A stretch of DNA of 64,000 nucleotides from Synechococcus sp. (GCA_047285535.1 JBJBDC010000001.1:2720136-2784135); one strand, 5' to 3'; positions 43,500-52,922 are shown, numbered from the stretch's first letter. The notes: generated by a model not told the origin, from the sequence alone. Made by a program: numbers and translations.

Positions 43500-44381
43500 T
43501 TCGAACTTTAGGCCCTTAATTCATCTATAAATGATGAATTAAGTCATGAGTAAAAAGCTGGGTTTCCATAATGATGTGATGTTTTTAGGTTCAGCAATAT
43601 GGCTTTTAGAGTAATGATATAAGGTTAAGCATTGCTTTTGTTGAGGGTCTGCCATTGATTATTCCTTGATTCGCTAGGAGATTCTCTCCTGGGCTAAAAC
43701 AAGTTTTTTATAGCTCATTCTTATGGGCTTCGGGTTGGCGCTTGGGCTTGTTTGCTGATAAATTATGCAAGAGATTGCGACGTGTTGTGTTTGAATGGTT
43801 GGGTTGGTATGCCAAGAAATCTCTTGTAATTTTGCATTCCTTTTAGGTGCTTGTTGGAGAGATTCTTCTGTATTGATGCGATACAATTGGTTCTAAGTAT
43901 CGGTTTGTATTTCAGTTTTTTGATGAAAGTTTTTTGCTAAAGAATGGATGCGCTTTCGAGTGGAATGTATTGTATTCTGCGTGTCACGAAATAAGTTTGA
44001 CCTTGAAGTGAAGTGGTCATCTGTGAATACTCTATGCTGAATAGAGGCACTCAAGGTTTTCTTTGCGGGAGTGCGGCATGCCTCAAGAGGTATGGAGTCG
44101 GATTAAGTGTCGGCGTGCTTTTTGAAAATATTTTATGCATTCTCTCGGTAGATAATGCATAAAACTTATTTTAAGGTTGAAGTTTTGCGAGCTATAAGTA
44201 TAAACTAGGCAAATGCAATTATAGCCTATTGCTTTATTCTTTCGCAAGTATTGATCTCGTTATTTAGAGAATGCTGATATCCCCAGTCTGATTTGAGTGA
44301 TAGATATGCAAAATTTAATTGCTAAGAGAAGCCTCTAGCCAAGGGATGGTTGACCATTAGGCCCTTTAAAAATTATTTCTT

Positions 44382-44705
44382 TTAGTATATATTGCCTGAT
44401 CGGAAATCATACTCTTCCTCTTTGAGTTCTGAAGAGCTGCAGGTGGATTGGGAGTAATGCACTAAATTTTTAAATCCTGGAGGAACTAACTTTGGACATA
44501 AATTGCCCACTTCAATAGCTTGGGGACAGAAATATACTCCTTTCCATCGATTAAGAAATCTCCCTTTGATTTCATCGGAGAATATAAATCCATGCTTGTG
44601 AGCAAATTCAATGATCTCTGGTGGTTCCAGGCTCGAGAGCTTAGAGCGAAAGTCTGAATCAGCACGTGCTCTATCAATAAAAGCATGTAATTGTGACTTA
44701 GACAC
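44382..44705 (-). CDS. unk10: Nif11-like domain protein of the CA4 island
   Basis: N-terminus SKSQLHAFIDRARADSDFRSKL...IIEFAHKHGFIFS is Nif11-like; context next to fciA; GTG start. Confidence 0.8.
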   Translation of the reverse strand: MSKSQLHAFIDRARADSDFRSKLSSLEPPEIIEFAHKHGFIFSDEIKGRFLNRWKGVYFCPQAIEVGNLCPKLVPPGFKNLVHYSQSTCSSSELKEEEYDFRSGNIY

Positions 44706-45067
44706 AGGTCTTGTTCATTAATCTTTTGTTCTACAACAGCGAACTACAAAACAGAGCTGAAAAGACAAATGTAAGATTCATATTTTATTCAATGCGCAAT
44801 GCAGAAAAACGCAATTGAGCATGAGCAAATTGACTCAGGCCAAGATCAGGCTGCAGAGGTCATTACGGCTTTACAAACGGTAACATGCTTTTGATTTGAG
44901 CCGTGTATGCAGAGTCTTCAGTACTTAGAAGGCCTCTGATTAAAACTATATTTTCGCCGAGAAAAAAATATCCCCTTAATTGTGAACTTTTTCATGCCTT
45001 GCTTCTTGGATCGTTTAAGATCAAAACCTATACACAGTCTATTCCTTGCTAGACAAGTCTCAATTTA

Positions 45068-46102
45068 ATGAAGACTAAAAAAGCAAAAGAATATATTTTT
45101 GCAGATACTCTTCGTATGGAAGAATATTGCCAAATGCATTATGGGGAATATTATTCCGCTTCTGACTTTTCTTGCAATGTGACTCAGCTCTCCAAGGGAT
45201 TGTTGCAAACAAATTCAATATGCTCACCGATTAGAAATGTTCATCTTGAGGTTTTCAAGTCCAATCAAACCATACTTTATGAAGAAGAGGCGAATAAAAA
45301 TTCGGTAGCATTTTGCTGGTTGCGCAATGGAGGTGATAAACAATTGCCAAATACAATCATTAGTGGACATAAAATGCATCGTGACAGCATTGCTGGATTT
45401 AATCGACTTAATAAGACAGGTGGAAATATTTGGGACATTGTAGGAGCACATACAACTTTATGCTGTATGAGCCTTAAATGGGACAAGCTAAAAGAAACAA
45501 TTCATCGGCTTAATGCTTATAATGCGTATGCAATACTTGAAGAGTGCATAGGCATTGATTCGGAAATGTCCTCAAGCAAGCAATTAAAAGGCTTGTTTGA
45601 TAGGCATTTTAAATATGGAGTGACTTCGTCAGAAGCATTTTATGATTTAGCCGTTGCCACCCTTGATGAGATATCAGATAAAAACAGATTGATAACAGCA
45701 AGATCTGACAAAACAGATTTGGTTGAGGATTTGGTCAAGTTATTGCATGATGACTCCCATATTCTTCCTCCTCTTAGAATTAATGATATTGTGCAATATC
45801 TTGATGTTGATAGTTCCTCTCTTAGCGAAGCCTCTAAGAGTTGTTTTGGTATGAGCGTCATGTCTCTTCTTGAAAGTATCAGGCTTGAGCAATTAAGGAA
45901 AACATTTTTAAACCCTAATGTGCCAAAAGGCCTTAAGCATTTTACGAAAGAACGAAATGCCCTGTATTATGGGTTTAAAAATTGGAGTAAGCTGGAACAA
46001 TTATATTATTATACATTTAAAGAGAATCCAGATAATACTATTGATCGTACAAGCAAGGTTTCAGTCCTTGTTTCAGGTTTTGGGCGGGAAGTACAGTCAT
46101 GA
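45068..46102 (+). CDS. fciA: AraC-like CA4 regulator FciA
   Basis: C-terminal AraC-like region (FGMS...IRLEQ...YYGF); first of two tandem paralogs in the island. Confidence 0.85.
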   Translation: MKTKKAKEYIFADTLRMEEYCQMHYGEYYSASDFSCNVTQLSKGLLQTNSICSPIRNVHLEVFKSNQTILYEEEANKNSVAFCWLRNGGDKQLPNTIISGHKMHRDSIAGFNRLNKTGGNIWDIVGAHTTLCCMSLKWDKLKETIHRLNAYNAYAILEECIGIDSEMSSSKQLKGLFDRHFKYGVTSSEAFYDLAVATLDEISDKNRLITARSDKTDLVEDLVKLLHDDSHILPPLRINDIVQYLDVDSSSLSEASKSCFGMSVMSLLESIRLEQLRKTFLNPNVPKGLKHFTKERNALYYGFKNWSKLEQLYYYTFKENPDNTIDRTSKVSVLVSGFGREVQS

Positions 46103-47100
46103 AAATTGCTTTTGATTATCAAGATCCCATTCAACTTTCTGAGCAACTTGCTCAATTAGGTCAAAATACTAGAATAACACAACTTAGTGGAGACAAGGGT
46201 TCTTATCAAATGGCGCACGTAAGTGCCTTGGATTTATCGATAGCAGAGATATCGTCAAGTAAGACCCTGTTATATGAGGGTTGGGGTACATCTTGGTCCA
46301 TAGATTTTAATTGGATTACACCTCATAGAACTTCAAGTTCACCATTTGGATATTGTGAGGGATATGAGATGAAGGCCAAAAGTTTGGCTGGATTTAATAC
46401 ACTAAATTCCGTTCCAGGTGGTTCATGGGGCAAATATTCTAATCTCTGCGCAAGTACAGCCTGTATGCTCAATGCCTCTAAGCTCATTACGCAATTAAAT
46501 CAATGTAATGCTTATGATGCTCTTGAAAGGCTTCATGGTGATAGAGGCTTAGATTGTTCTAGTCAGGCTTTTAGGCAGCTAAAGCAATTAACGCGTAAAG
46601 ATCTTGCAAGAGGGATTCAATCAGTCGACAAATATTATGATCTGATAACTGTTTGCTTGGAAGAAGGTTGTAGTCGTCCTTATAAAAAGACAAAAGCTAA
46701 AAATCTTCGTCTTTTAAATCATATCGTAAATCTTGCTCACGATACACAACTCATGTCTTCTCCACTTTCTCTCTCGGAAGTTTGTCAATATTTGCGATCC
46801 GGTCAGGCATCTCTCTATAGAGTGTGTCAAGAATACTTTGGTATGGGAATCATTGAACTCATGACTCAAATACGTTTAGAGGAGTCAAGGCGGTCGTTGA
46901 TTAAGCTTAAATTGACTGAAAATTGTGATATTAATACTATCCGTGATGTGGCCATTTTTTATGGGTTCCAACATCAAGGTAGGTATGCACGCCGATACTT
47001 CAATTCATTTGGAGAGCTACCAAGTCAAACCCTAGAAAATTTGCCACTTTATGGAATGTATTCCAAAGCCGAAAAACGAAATAAGAAAAAAGCGGTATGA
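46099..47100 (+). CDS. fciB: AraC-family CA4 regulator FciB
   Basis: AraC signature IRDVAIFYGFQHQGRYARRYFNSFGELPS; ATGA overlap with fciA. Confidence 0.88.
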   Translation: MKIAFDYQDPIQLSEQLAQLGQNTRITQLSGDKGSYQMAHVSALDLSIAEISSSKTLLYEGWGTSWSIDFNWITPHRTSSSPFGYCEGYEMKAKSLAGFNTLNSVPGGSWGKYSNLCASTACMLNASKLITQLNQCNAYDALERLHGDRGLDCSSQAFRQLKQLTRKDLARGIQSVDKYYDLITVCLEEGCSRPYKKTKAKNLRLLNHIVNLAHDTQLMSSPLSLSEVCQYLRSGQASLYRVCQEYFGMGIIELMTQIRLEESRRSLIKLKLTENCDINTIRDVAIFYGFQHQGRYARRYFNSFGELPSQTLENLPLYGMYSKAEKRNKKKAV

Positions 47101-47303
47101 TTTTTATTGAATTTGACGCCAAAGTGGGCTTTAGTTCCTGAGACGCTAGGACGCATCGCCACGGTTGTAAGTATATGTACTTATGCCTCCTGCGGGTGTG
47201 TACCTTTGCGCTGAAATGGATGTCCGATTCTTACCAAAAGTACTAAAATAGAATCGGCCCGGTTGGTATCGCTTGATTGGCGACCATTTCAATTGACGAA
47301 CAA

Positions 47304-47474
47304 ATGACTAAAAGGATAACCTTTGAGCTAAGCGACGAGCTCCATAAAAAGTTAAAGCTTCTTTGTTATACAGAGTCGGTTTCGATAGGTCATATTCTTA
47401 GGGAATGCGTAAATGATTTTTGTGAAAAGCATGATGCTCATCTCATTGAAATTATAGATAATAGGTCAAAGTAA
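47304..47474 (+). CDS. fciC: ribbon-helix-helix regulator FciC
   Basis: MTKRITFELSDELHKKLKLLC...SIGHILRECV has an RHH pattern; lies between fciB and mpeZ; alternative TTG start at 47277. Confidence 0.8.
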   Translation: MTKRITFELSDELHKKLKLLCYTESVSIGHILRECVNDFCEKHDAHLIEIIDNRSK

Positions 47475-47785
47475 ATAAGGTCGTTGTTTTGTTGGGGCTT
47501 AGTATCAATACCGAGGTGACATTGTTTTATAAGAATTGATGTATAAGCTGATTTTATGCAGCCTGTTTCTGCAATTTTGTTCTCGGTTTGGAGGCTTTTG
47601 TTTGCTGCCATGCTAGTTGCAGGAGTACGCACTGCAAGGGTGTGCATATGTGCGGTTTTTATTGCTGCTTCGTCAAAAGAGCGTGGGTAACATTATCAGG
47701 ATTCATATATGGGTGAATATTAATTGTGTGTAAGACTCAAAAAAATCAATTCTATGAGTAGTATTTTTGCACTGTTAATTCTGCT

Positions 47786-49027
47786 ATGGCCGAGCGGTTT
47801 GACACCCTCGTTGAGGGATTAAGTGAGGAATTTGCTCTTTCGATCTTATTAGAAAAGACATCATTGGTAGAGCGACCCTCTGATCGATATTTCGCTGCAA
47901 CACGACTTGGAATGAGTGATACAGAAGAATCATTGAATGCACTCATTCAGGCGACAAAGTTAGATACTCAGGAGCTTTACGATAGAATTACTAGGCGAAA
48001 AGCGATTGAAGCTCTTGGCAGACGAAAAAGCTTAAAATCAATTCCTTGTTTGTATAATGTTCTTGCATGTTCTGATTCTGAAGCTGTTATCAATGCCCTT
48101 TATTCCATTATACGTATAGGTCAAAACCCATCAGAGGATGAGCAGAAGAAAATTCTAGATGTAATAGGAGGTGAGGTCACTCAAACGCGCGCGGTAATAC
48201 AGGCACACACCAGGCTTCGTATTGGTTCTTCTACAGCGAAAGATATTATTTCACCATTGTGTACTCACGAAAGTGCTCTTGTATCAGGTGCTGCTAGGGC
48301 CTATATGGCAAGAGTTTTTGGAGAGAAATCATTATTAAAACCGTTGATGAGTCAGCTTACTGATTCTGTTGCTGGAAAGAGAAGATCTGCTGTTATTGAT
48401 TTGGGCGATGCGGAGTCTGAAGACGCTCTTGAACCCATTCTTCGCGCTCCTGTATCTATGTCTCTTAGAGCAAAAAGTGTTTTCCAGATCATTGATTCAG
48501 ACGAAAATAAATCAAACAATCAGAGATTTGACCCACTGATTCAAAAACTACTTATGGATCATCCGTTGGGCCTTGACTATAGGCCTGAGTGGCAGTGCCC
48601 ACAAAATGCTGAGCAAATAGAAAAAAATCTAAGTCATAGAGATGAGGCGAAGCAATATGGTGCTGCAGCGAGTTTGATGATGATAGATAAGGATGAATGC
48701 CTGGAGATTATTTCCAGTATGGAAGAAAGGCTTTGGTCCGATTACGTCACACATTACTATCTTACGATGATTGTCGGTTTGAGGTCCTTCCGAGAAAAGA
48801 GTTATCTTGTTCGTTCGGCGTTAGCAGAAACGACTCCTCAATATGCAAAATCACGTGTTGCAGCTGCTTGGGCTTGCTTGAGCTTAGATCTCGACGATCA
48901 ATTGGAATTGCTATATGATTTGTCTCAACAATCTCCTTGGATTCCACTGAGGTGGAGTTGCCAACATGCGTTTGCGGAAATGGTTGACCGTTCTCAGCGC
49001 AACTTAATCGAGTGCGATGTGGCTTGA
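47786..49027 (+). CDS. mpeZ: E/F-clan phycobilin lyase-isomerase, MpeZ type
   Basis: MAERFD start, DRYFAATRLG, RRKAIEALGRR, HRDEAKQY and DYVTHYY; HEAT-like repeats; association with fciC indicates CA4-A. Confidence 0.85.
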   Translation: MAERFDTLVEGLSEEFALSILLEKTSLVERPSDRYFAATRLGMSDTEESLNALIQATKLDTQELYDRITRRKAIEALGRRKSLKSIPCLYNVLACSDSEAVINALYSIIRIGQNPSEDEQKKILDVIGGEVTQTRAVIQAHTRLRIGSSTAKDIISPLCTHESALVSGAARAYMARVFGEKSLLKPLMSQLTDSVAGKRRSAVIDLGDAESEDALEPILRAPVSMSLRAKSVFQIIDSDENKSNNQRFDPLIQKLLMDHPLGLDYRPEWQCPQNAEQIEKNLSHRDEAKQYGAAASLMMIDKDECLEIISSMEERLWSDYVTHYYLTMIVGLRSFREKSYLVRSALAETTPQYAKSRVAAAWACLSLDLDDQLELLYDLSQQSPWIPLRWSCQHAFAEMVDRSQRNLIECDVA

Positions 49028-49948
49028 TTATAGATCTCGTTGTCTGCCTAGATGCTTGCTCTTTCTCTTCACACTAGTGTTTTCACTCAATGATCCACTC
49101 TCCAAGGCTTGTATCTCAATTAAGGCTTGGCCCTAAGGTTTTGTCTTGATGTTAGGCATCAATCTTACGGTCTCTTTTTTGATTGGTTCGTTCTGTGAAT
49201 GTAATGGGAGAATCCACTATTGTGCTCTTTTTGATTTGACTTTTCTGTATGAGGGATCTTGTTTTGAGTTGGGAGCTGAACCTTGTCTATCTTGAGTGTT
49301 CGAGGTGACAGTAAGGATTGCTTTTGTAATGATTCAATCTGATCGGCAGGGCGCTGGATTTTATTGCCGGCATCACTGTTTTGATAGGGCTTTTAATCAT
49401 TTGATTGTGACTTCCGTTCCATCCTCAAGGTGAGTTTTGATGCACTCAGATGTTGTTGGTGGATCACGCCAGCTCAGTGGATTCGTGATCGGATGGTGAA
49501 GCCTATGGTCAGCCTGAATGTCAGCTCTCCTTTGTCCAAAAGAACTCCTTGAGTCTGCCCAGCTAGCTCCATTGGTCTAGTCGCTTTCTAATAGTGCAAG
49601 CTAACTCTTAGGTTCTTGGCGGCTGTTGTTCAGTATTGTGAGTCTGTGTCCTTCCTCCGCATGCATGTGACGTGACTTCTTGCCTATGCCGTTAGGGATA
49701 ACCATCAAGGGAGAACAGCTTCAGCAAGCTTTGAGTTTAAATGTGATGCGGTTATGTCTAGTGCCTTGCAACAGTGTTTGGGCTTAATATCTGATTTTAA
49801 TTGATTTTTGGTCACGCCCAATGCTCGCGGATTAGGAGCTTTTTGCTATGTCTTTAATCACTGTTCACATGTTGGTTTAGCCTATTATTAATGATTCTAT
49901 TTAAATACAAAACAGTAACGATCAATCAATCTTGATAGGAGTTTGGAA

Positions 49949-50037
49949 CGGAGAGGGAGGGATTCGAACCCTCGACAGAAGTTGCCTCCTGTAACTCCTT
50001 AGCAGGGAGCCGCTTTCAACCACTCAGCCACCTCTCC
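49949..50037 (-). tRNA. tRNA-Ser (GCT)
   Basis: Reverse complement has GGAGAGG/CCTCTCC acceptor stem, CTCC-ctGCTaa-GGAG anticodon arm, long variable arm and GTTCGAATC. Confidence 0.97.
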
Positions 50038-50075
50038 AGCGGCCGACTTATCTTACCAAGGGGTCTGCCAAATGC

Positions 50076-51257
50076 TCAGATCACCAGGCGAGGGAGGCGA
50101 TGTTTAAAACTGCACAGCACTTCCCATGGAATTGAGTCTGCAAGGGCTGCCCATGACCTAGGGCTGATCGTTTGATCACCATCGCGCCCAAGCAGCGTTA
50201 TGACATCTCCGCTTTCCAAGGATTGGTGCTCGGTGACATCAAGAATCAATTGATCCATGGTGATGGCCCCCACTTGGGGAAGAGTGTGGCCATTGTGCAG
50301 AGCATGGATGCGGCCAGAAAGGCACCGACTTACTCCATCGGCATATCCAATGCTGACAACAGCCAGACGGCTCGGTCTCTGAGTCACGAATCGATGGCCA
50401 TAGCTCACGCCAACTCCTGAGGGGACCTCTCGGATCAGGCTGACTTTGGCTTTGACACTGATGGCGGGATCCAATTGGATGACACCATCGAGATATTGAC
50501 TAGGGCTATGGCCATAGAGGGCAAGCCCTACGCGGACCAGATCATGGTGAAGGCTCGAGTCCCGCAAGGTGCCTGCTGAGTTTGCGAGATGACGCTTCAG
50601 TGTTGAGCTACTGAGATCTCTAGTGATGGTGTTGAAGCGTTCTTGCTGGAGTCTGGTGAAACGTTCTGCTTCGCCGCCCCTGTCGCCGTCTGCTAAAGCC
50701 AGATGGCTGTAGATCCCGCAGAGACTGAGTTGGTCCAGCTGTTGTATTGCCTTGGCAAGGCGACGGCCATCCTGCCAGTCGCACCCGAGGCGGGTCATGC
50801 CTGTATCTAATTTGAGTTGAACGGGAAAATGTCGACCGCTGCCATGGGCAAGGTTTTGACAGAGCAGGGCTTCACGCATATTGCTGAGCGTGGGCATCAG
50901 TCGCCATTGCAGGCATGCTCTGAGATCCTCTGGTTGGGAAAGATGTCCCAAAACCAGCACAGGTTCATCTAGCCCTGCCTGCCTTAGTTCAATGCCCTCT
51001 TGAAGAGTCGCTACACCCAAGCTGGTAGCGCCGCCGCGAAGGGAGGCTTTCGCCACGGTTTCGGCTCCATGGCCGTAGCCATCGGCTTTCACCACTGCCA
51101 TCAGCTCACAAGAAGGCTCGAGGTGGCGTTTCAGGGCACGGGCATTAGCCTCAATCGCGGATGATGATACCTCCACCCACGCTCGCTGACGAGCGTGGGT
51201 CTCAGCTAAATGATGCGCCCAGGGGGCTTTTGGGTCCTCGGCGAAGTGATCTTGCAT
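50076..51257 (-). CDS. alr: alanine racemase
   Basis: MAVVKADGYGHG, KLDTGMTRLG, GYADG and ITMDQ motifs. Confidence 0.97.
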   Translation of the reverse strand: MQDHFAEDPKAPWAHHLAETHARQRAWVEVSSSAIEANARALKRHLEPSCELMAVVKADGYGHGAETVAKASLRGGATSLGVATLQEGIELRQAGLDEPVLVLGHLSQPEDLRACLQWRLMPTLSNMREALLCQNLAHGSGRHFPVQLKLDTGMTRLGCDWQDGRRLAKAIQQLDQLSLCGIYSHLALADGDRGGEAERFTRLQQERFNTITRDLSSSTLKRHLANSAGTLRDSSLHHDLVRVGLALYGHSPSQYLDGVIQLDPAISVKAKVSLIREVPSGVGVSYGHRFVTQRPSRLAVVSIGYADGVSRCLSGRIHALHNGHTLPQVGAITMDQLILDVTEHQSLESGDVITLLGRDGDQTISPRSWAALADSIPWEVLCSFKHRLPRLVI

Positions 51258-51330
51258 GCCAGCAGGGTAGTGAAGATCACAAAGAAGACCTTCTCATTCT
51301 CGATAACATGGCGTTAATTAGGGAGCTGGC

Positions 51331-51831
51331 ATGGGCCAGGTTCTCGTTCTCAACGCCTCCTACGAGCCACTGAATATCACCACTTGGCGACGGGCCATGG
51401 TGATGTTGATGAAGGGCAAAGCTGAAGGATTGGAGCATGATCAAACCCGGTTGATACGTCAGGGCACTCATTTGCCGACTGTGATCCGTTTGCTTCAGTT
51501 TGTGCGGGTGCCCTTTCGCCATCTTCCTTTGACACGCCGAAACGTGTTTCAGCGGGACAATCATTGCTGCCAATACTGTGGATCCCGAACTGAGCAGTTA
51601 TCCATCGATCACGTCATGCCTCGCAGTCGTGGTGGGGGAGACAGTTGGGATAACGTCACGACCGCTTGTTTGAGCTGCAATGTTCGGAAGGGCAGCCGCA
51701 CTCCGCAGGAAGCAGGAATGCCCTTGAAGCGCAAGCCTCGACGTCCTCACAGCAGTCTCAGCTTTGAAGCGGTGCGCCAAATTGACTCTGGTCGCTATCT
51801 GGAATGGGCGAAGTACGTGATTGGTACTTAA
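51331..51831 (+). CDS. HNH endonuclease family protein
   Basis: [27 protein letters not shown] and ACLSCNVRK motifs. Confidence 0.93.
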   Translation: MGQVLVLNASYEPLNITTWRRAMVMLMKGKAEGLEHDQTRLIRQGTHLPTVIRLLQFVRVPFRHLPLTRRNVFQRDNHCCQYCGSRTEQLSIDHVMPRSRGGGDSWDNVTTACLSCNVRKGSRTPQEAGMPLKRKPRRPHSSLSFEAVRQIDSGRYLEWAKYVIGT

Positions 51832-52922
51832 TCAGTCTGTTCGCTTAGCTCTGCGAGTTTGCTCCTTTGTTCTTCGGCGATGCATGCGTCAATGACGTCA
51901 TCCATCTGTCCTTCGAGAACTGGATCAAGGCTGAAATTGCGCCCAAGCCGGTGATCCGTCATTCGGTTGTCTTTGGCGTTGTAAGTGCGGATTTTTTCGC
52001 TGCGGTCTCCTGTACCCACCTGGGCGCGTCTGGCAGATCTCTCGCTGGCATTCGCTTCAGCGAGTTGGCGTTCGTAAAGCTTGGCACGCAGAATCTCAAG
52101 AGCTCGTTCGCGGTTTTGCATTTGCGAGCGTTCCTGCGTGCAAAAGACCCTGATCCCGGTCGGTTTGTGCATAAGGTCAACCGCTGTTTCTACTTTGTTG
52201 ACGTTTTGGCCACCGGCCCCTCCCGATCTTGCAGTACTGATATCAAGGTCGCGGGGGTCGATTTGCACTTCAACTTGATCGGCTTCAGGCATCACAGCCA
52301 CTGTGGCGGTCGATGTGTGAACGCGTCCTTGAGATTCGGTTGAAGGCACACGCTGCACTCTGTGCACTCCAGCTTCGAACTTGAGTTCACTGAAGACGGC
52401 TTCTCCTTTGACCGAGAGAATCAATTCTTTGTAGCCTCCTAAATCAGCTTCGTTGGCGCTAACCGGTTTCACACTCCATCCACGACGACTACTGAAGCGT
52501 TCGTACATGCGTGCTAGGTCACCTGCCCAAAGGCATGCTTCGTCTCCTCCGGCACCAGCACGGATCTCTAACATCACGCTGCGCTCGTCACGGGGATCCT
52601 TCGGCAGCAAAGCCACGGTGATTTTTTGGATCAGATCATCATGCTGTCGATCGAGCTCTTGTAGCTCCTGTTGGGCCAACTCTTCCATTCCTGCATCGCC
52701 ACGGCTCTCTTTGAGCAGGGTTTTGGCTTGACTTTGCTCAGCTTCTACTTTTTGCAGGCTTGCGTAATCGAGAACCAGCGGTTCCAGGCGTGAACGCTCA
52801 CGGGCGATGGTTTCAAGCCGTTGAGGATCAGCTGCCACATCTGGATCCGCTAGCTGACGCTCCAGATTGTGGAAGCTGCTGCTTGCCGCTTCCAGGCGAC
52901 TGATCAGAGTTGTAGTGTCCAT
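51828..52922 (-). CDS. prfA: peptide chain release factor 1
   Basis: GGQ motif and PxT (VPST) motif. Confidence 0.98.
   Translation of the reverse strand: MDTTTLISRLEAASSSFHNLERQLADPDVAADPQRLETIARERSRLEPLVLDYASLQKVEAEQSQAKTLLKESRGDAGMEELAQQELQELDRQHDDLIQKITVALLPKDPRDERSVMLEIRAGAGGDEACLWAGDLARMYERFSSRRGWSVKPVSANEADLGGYKELILSVKGEAVFSELKFEAGVHRVQRVPSTESQGRVHTSTATVAVMPEADQVEVQIDPRDLDISTARSGGAGGQNVNKVETAVDLMHKPTGIRVFCTQERSQMQNRERALEILRAKLYERQLAEANASERSARRAQVGTGDRSEKIRTYNAKDNRMTDHRLGRNFSLDPVLEGQMDDVIDACIAEEQRSKLAELSEQTD

Larger units (their letters stand above)
43500..49948. mobile_element. CA4-A type IV chromatic acclimation genomic island; no integrase seen
   Basis: Visibly AT-rich block between core genes, abutting the tRNA-Ser 3' end; gene content unk10, fciA, fciB, fciC, mpeZ. 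Confidence 0.85.

Noticed and set aside
43674..43886. 70 aa minus-strand ORF in the island flank
   Set aside because: Non-ATG start and no recognisable motif; cannot be supported
44382..44705. RiPP (prochlorosin-like) cluster suggested by the Nif11-like gene
   Set aside because: No GG cleavage site and no LanM or peptidase-transporter nearby; context matches CA4 unk10
51331..51831. HNH endonuclease as the island's mobility or defence gene
   Set aside because: Lies outside the island between alr and prfA with core-like composition; looks like a common conserved cyanobacterial HNH protein
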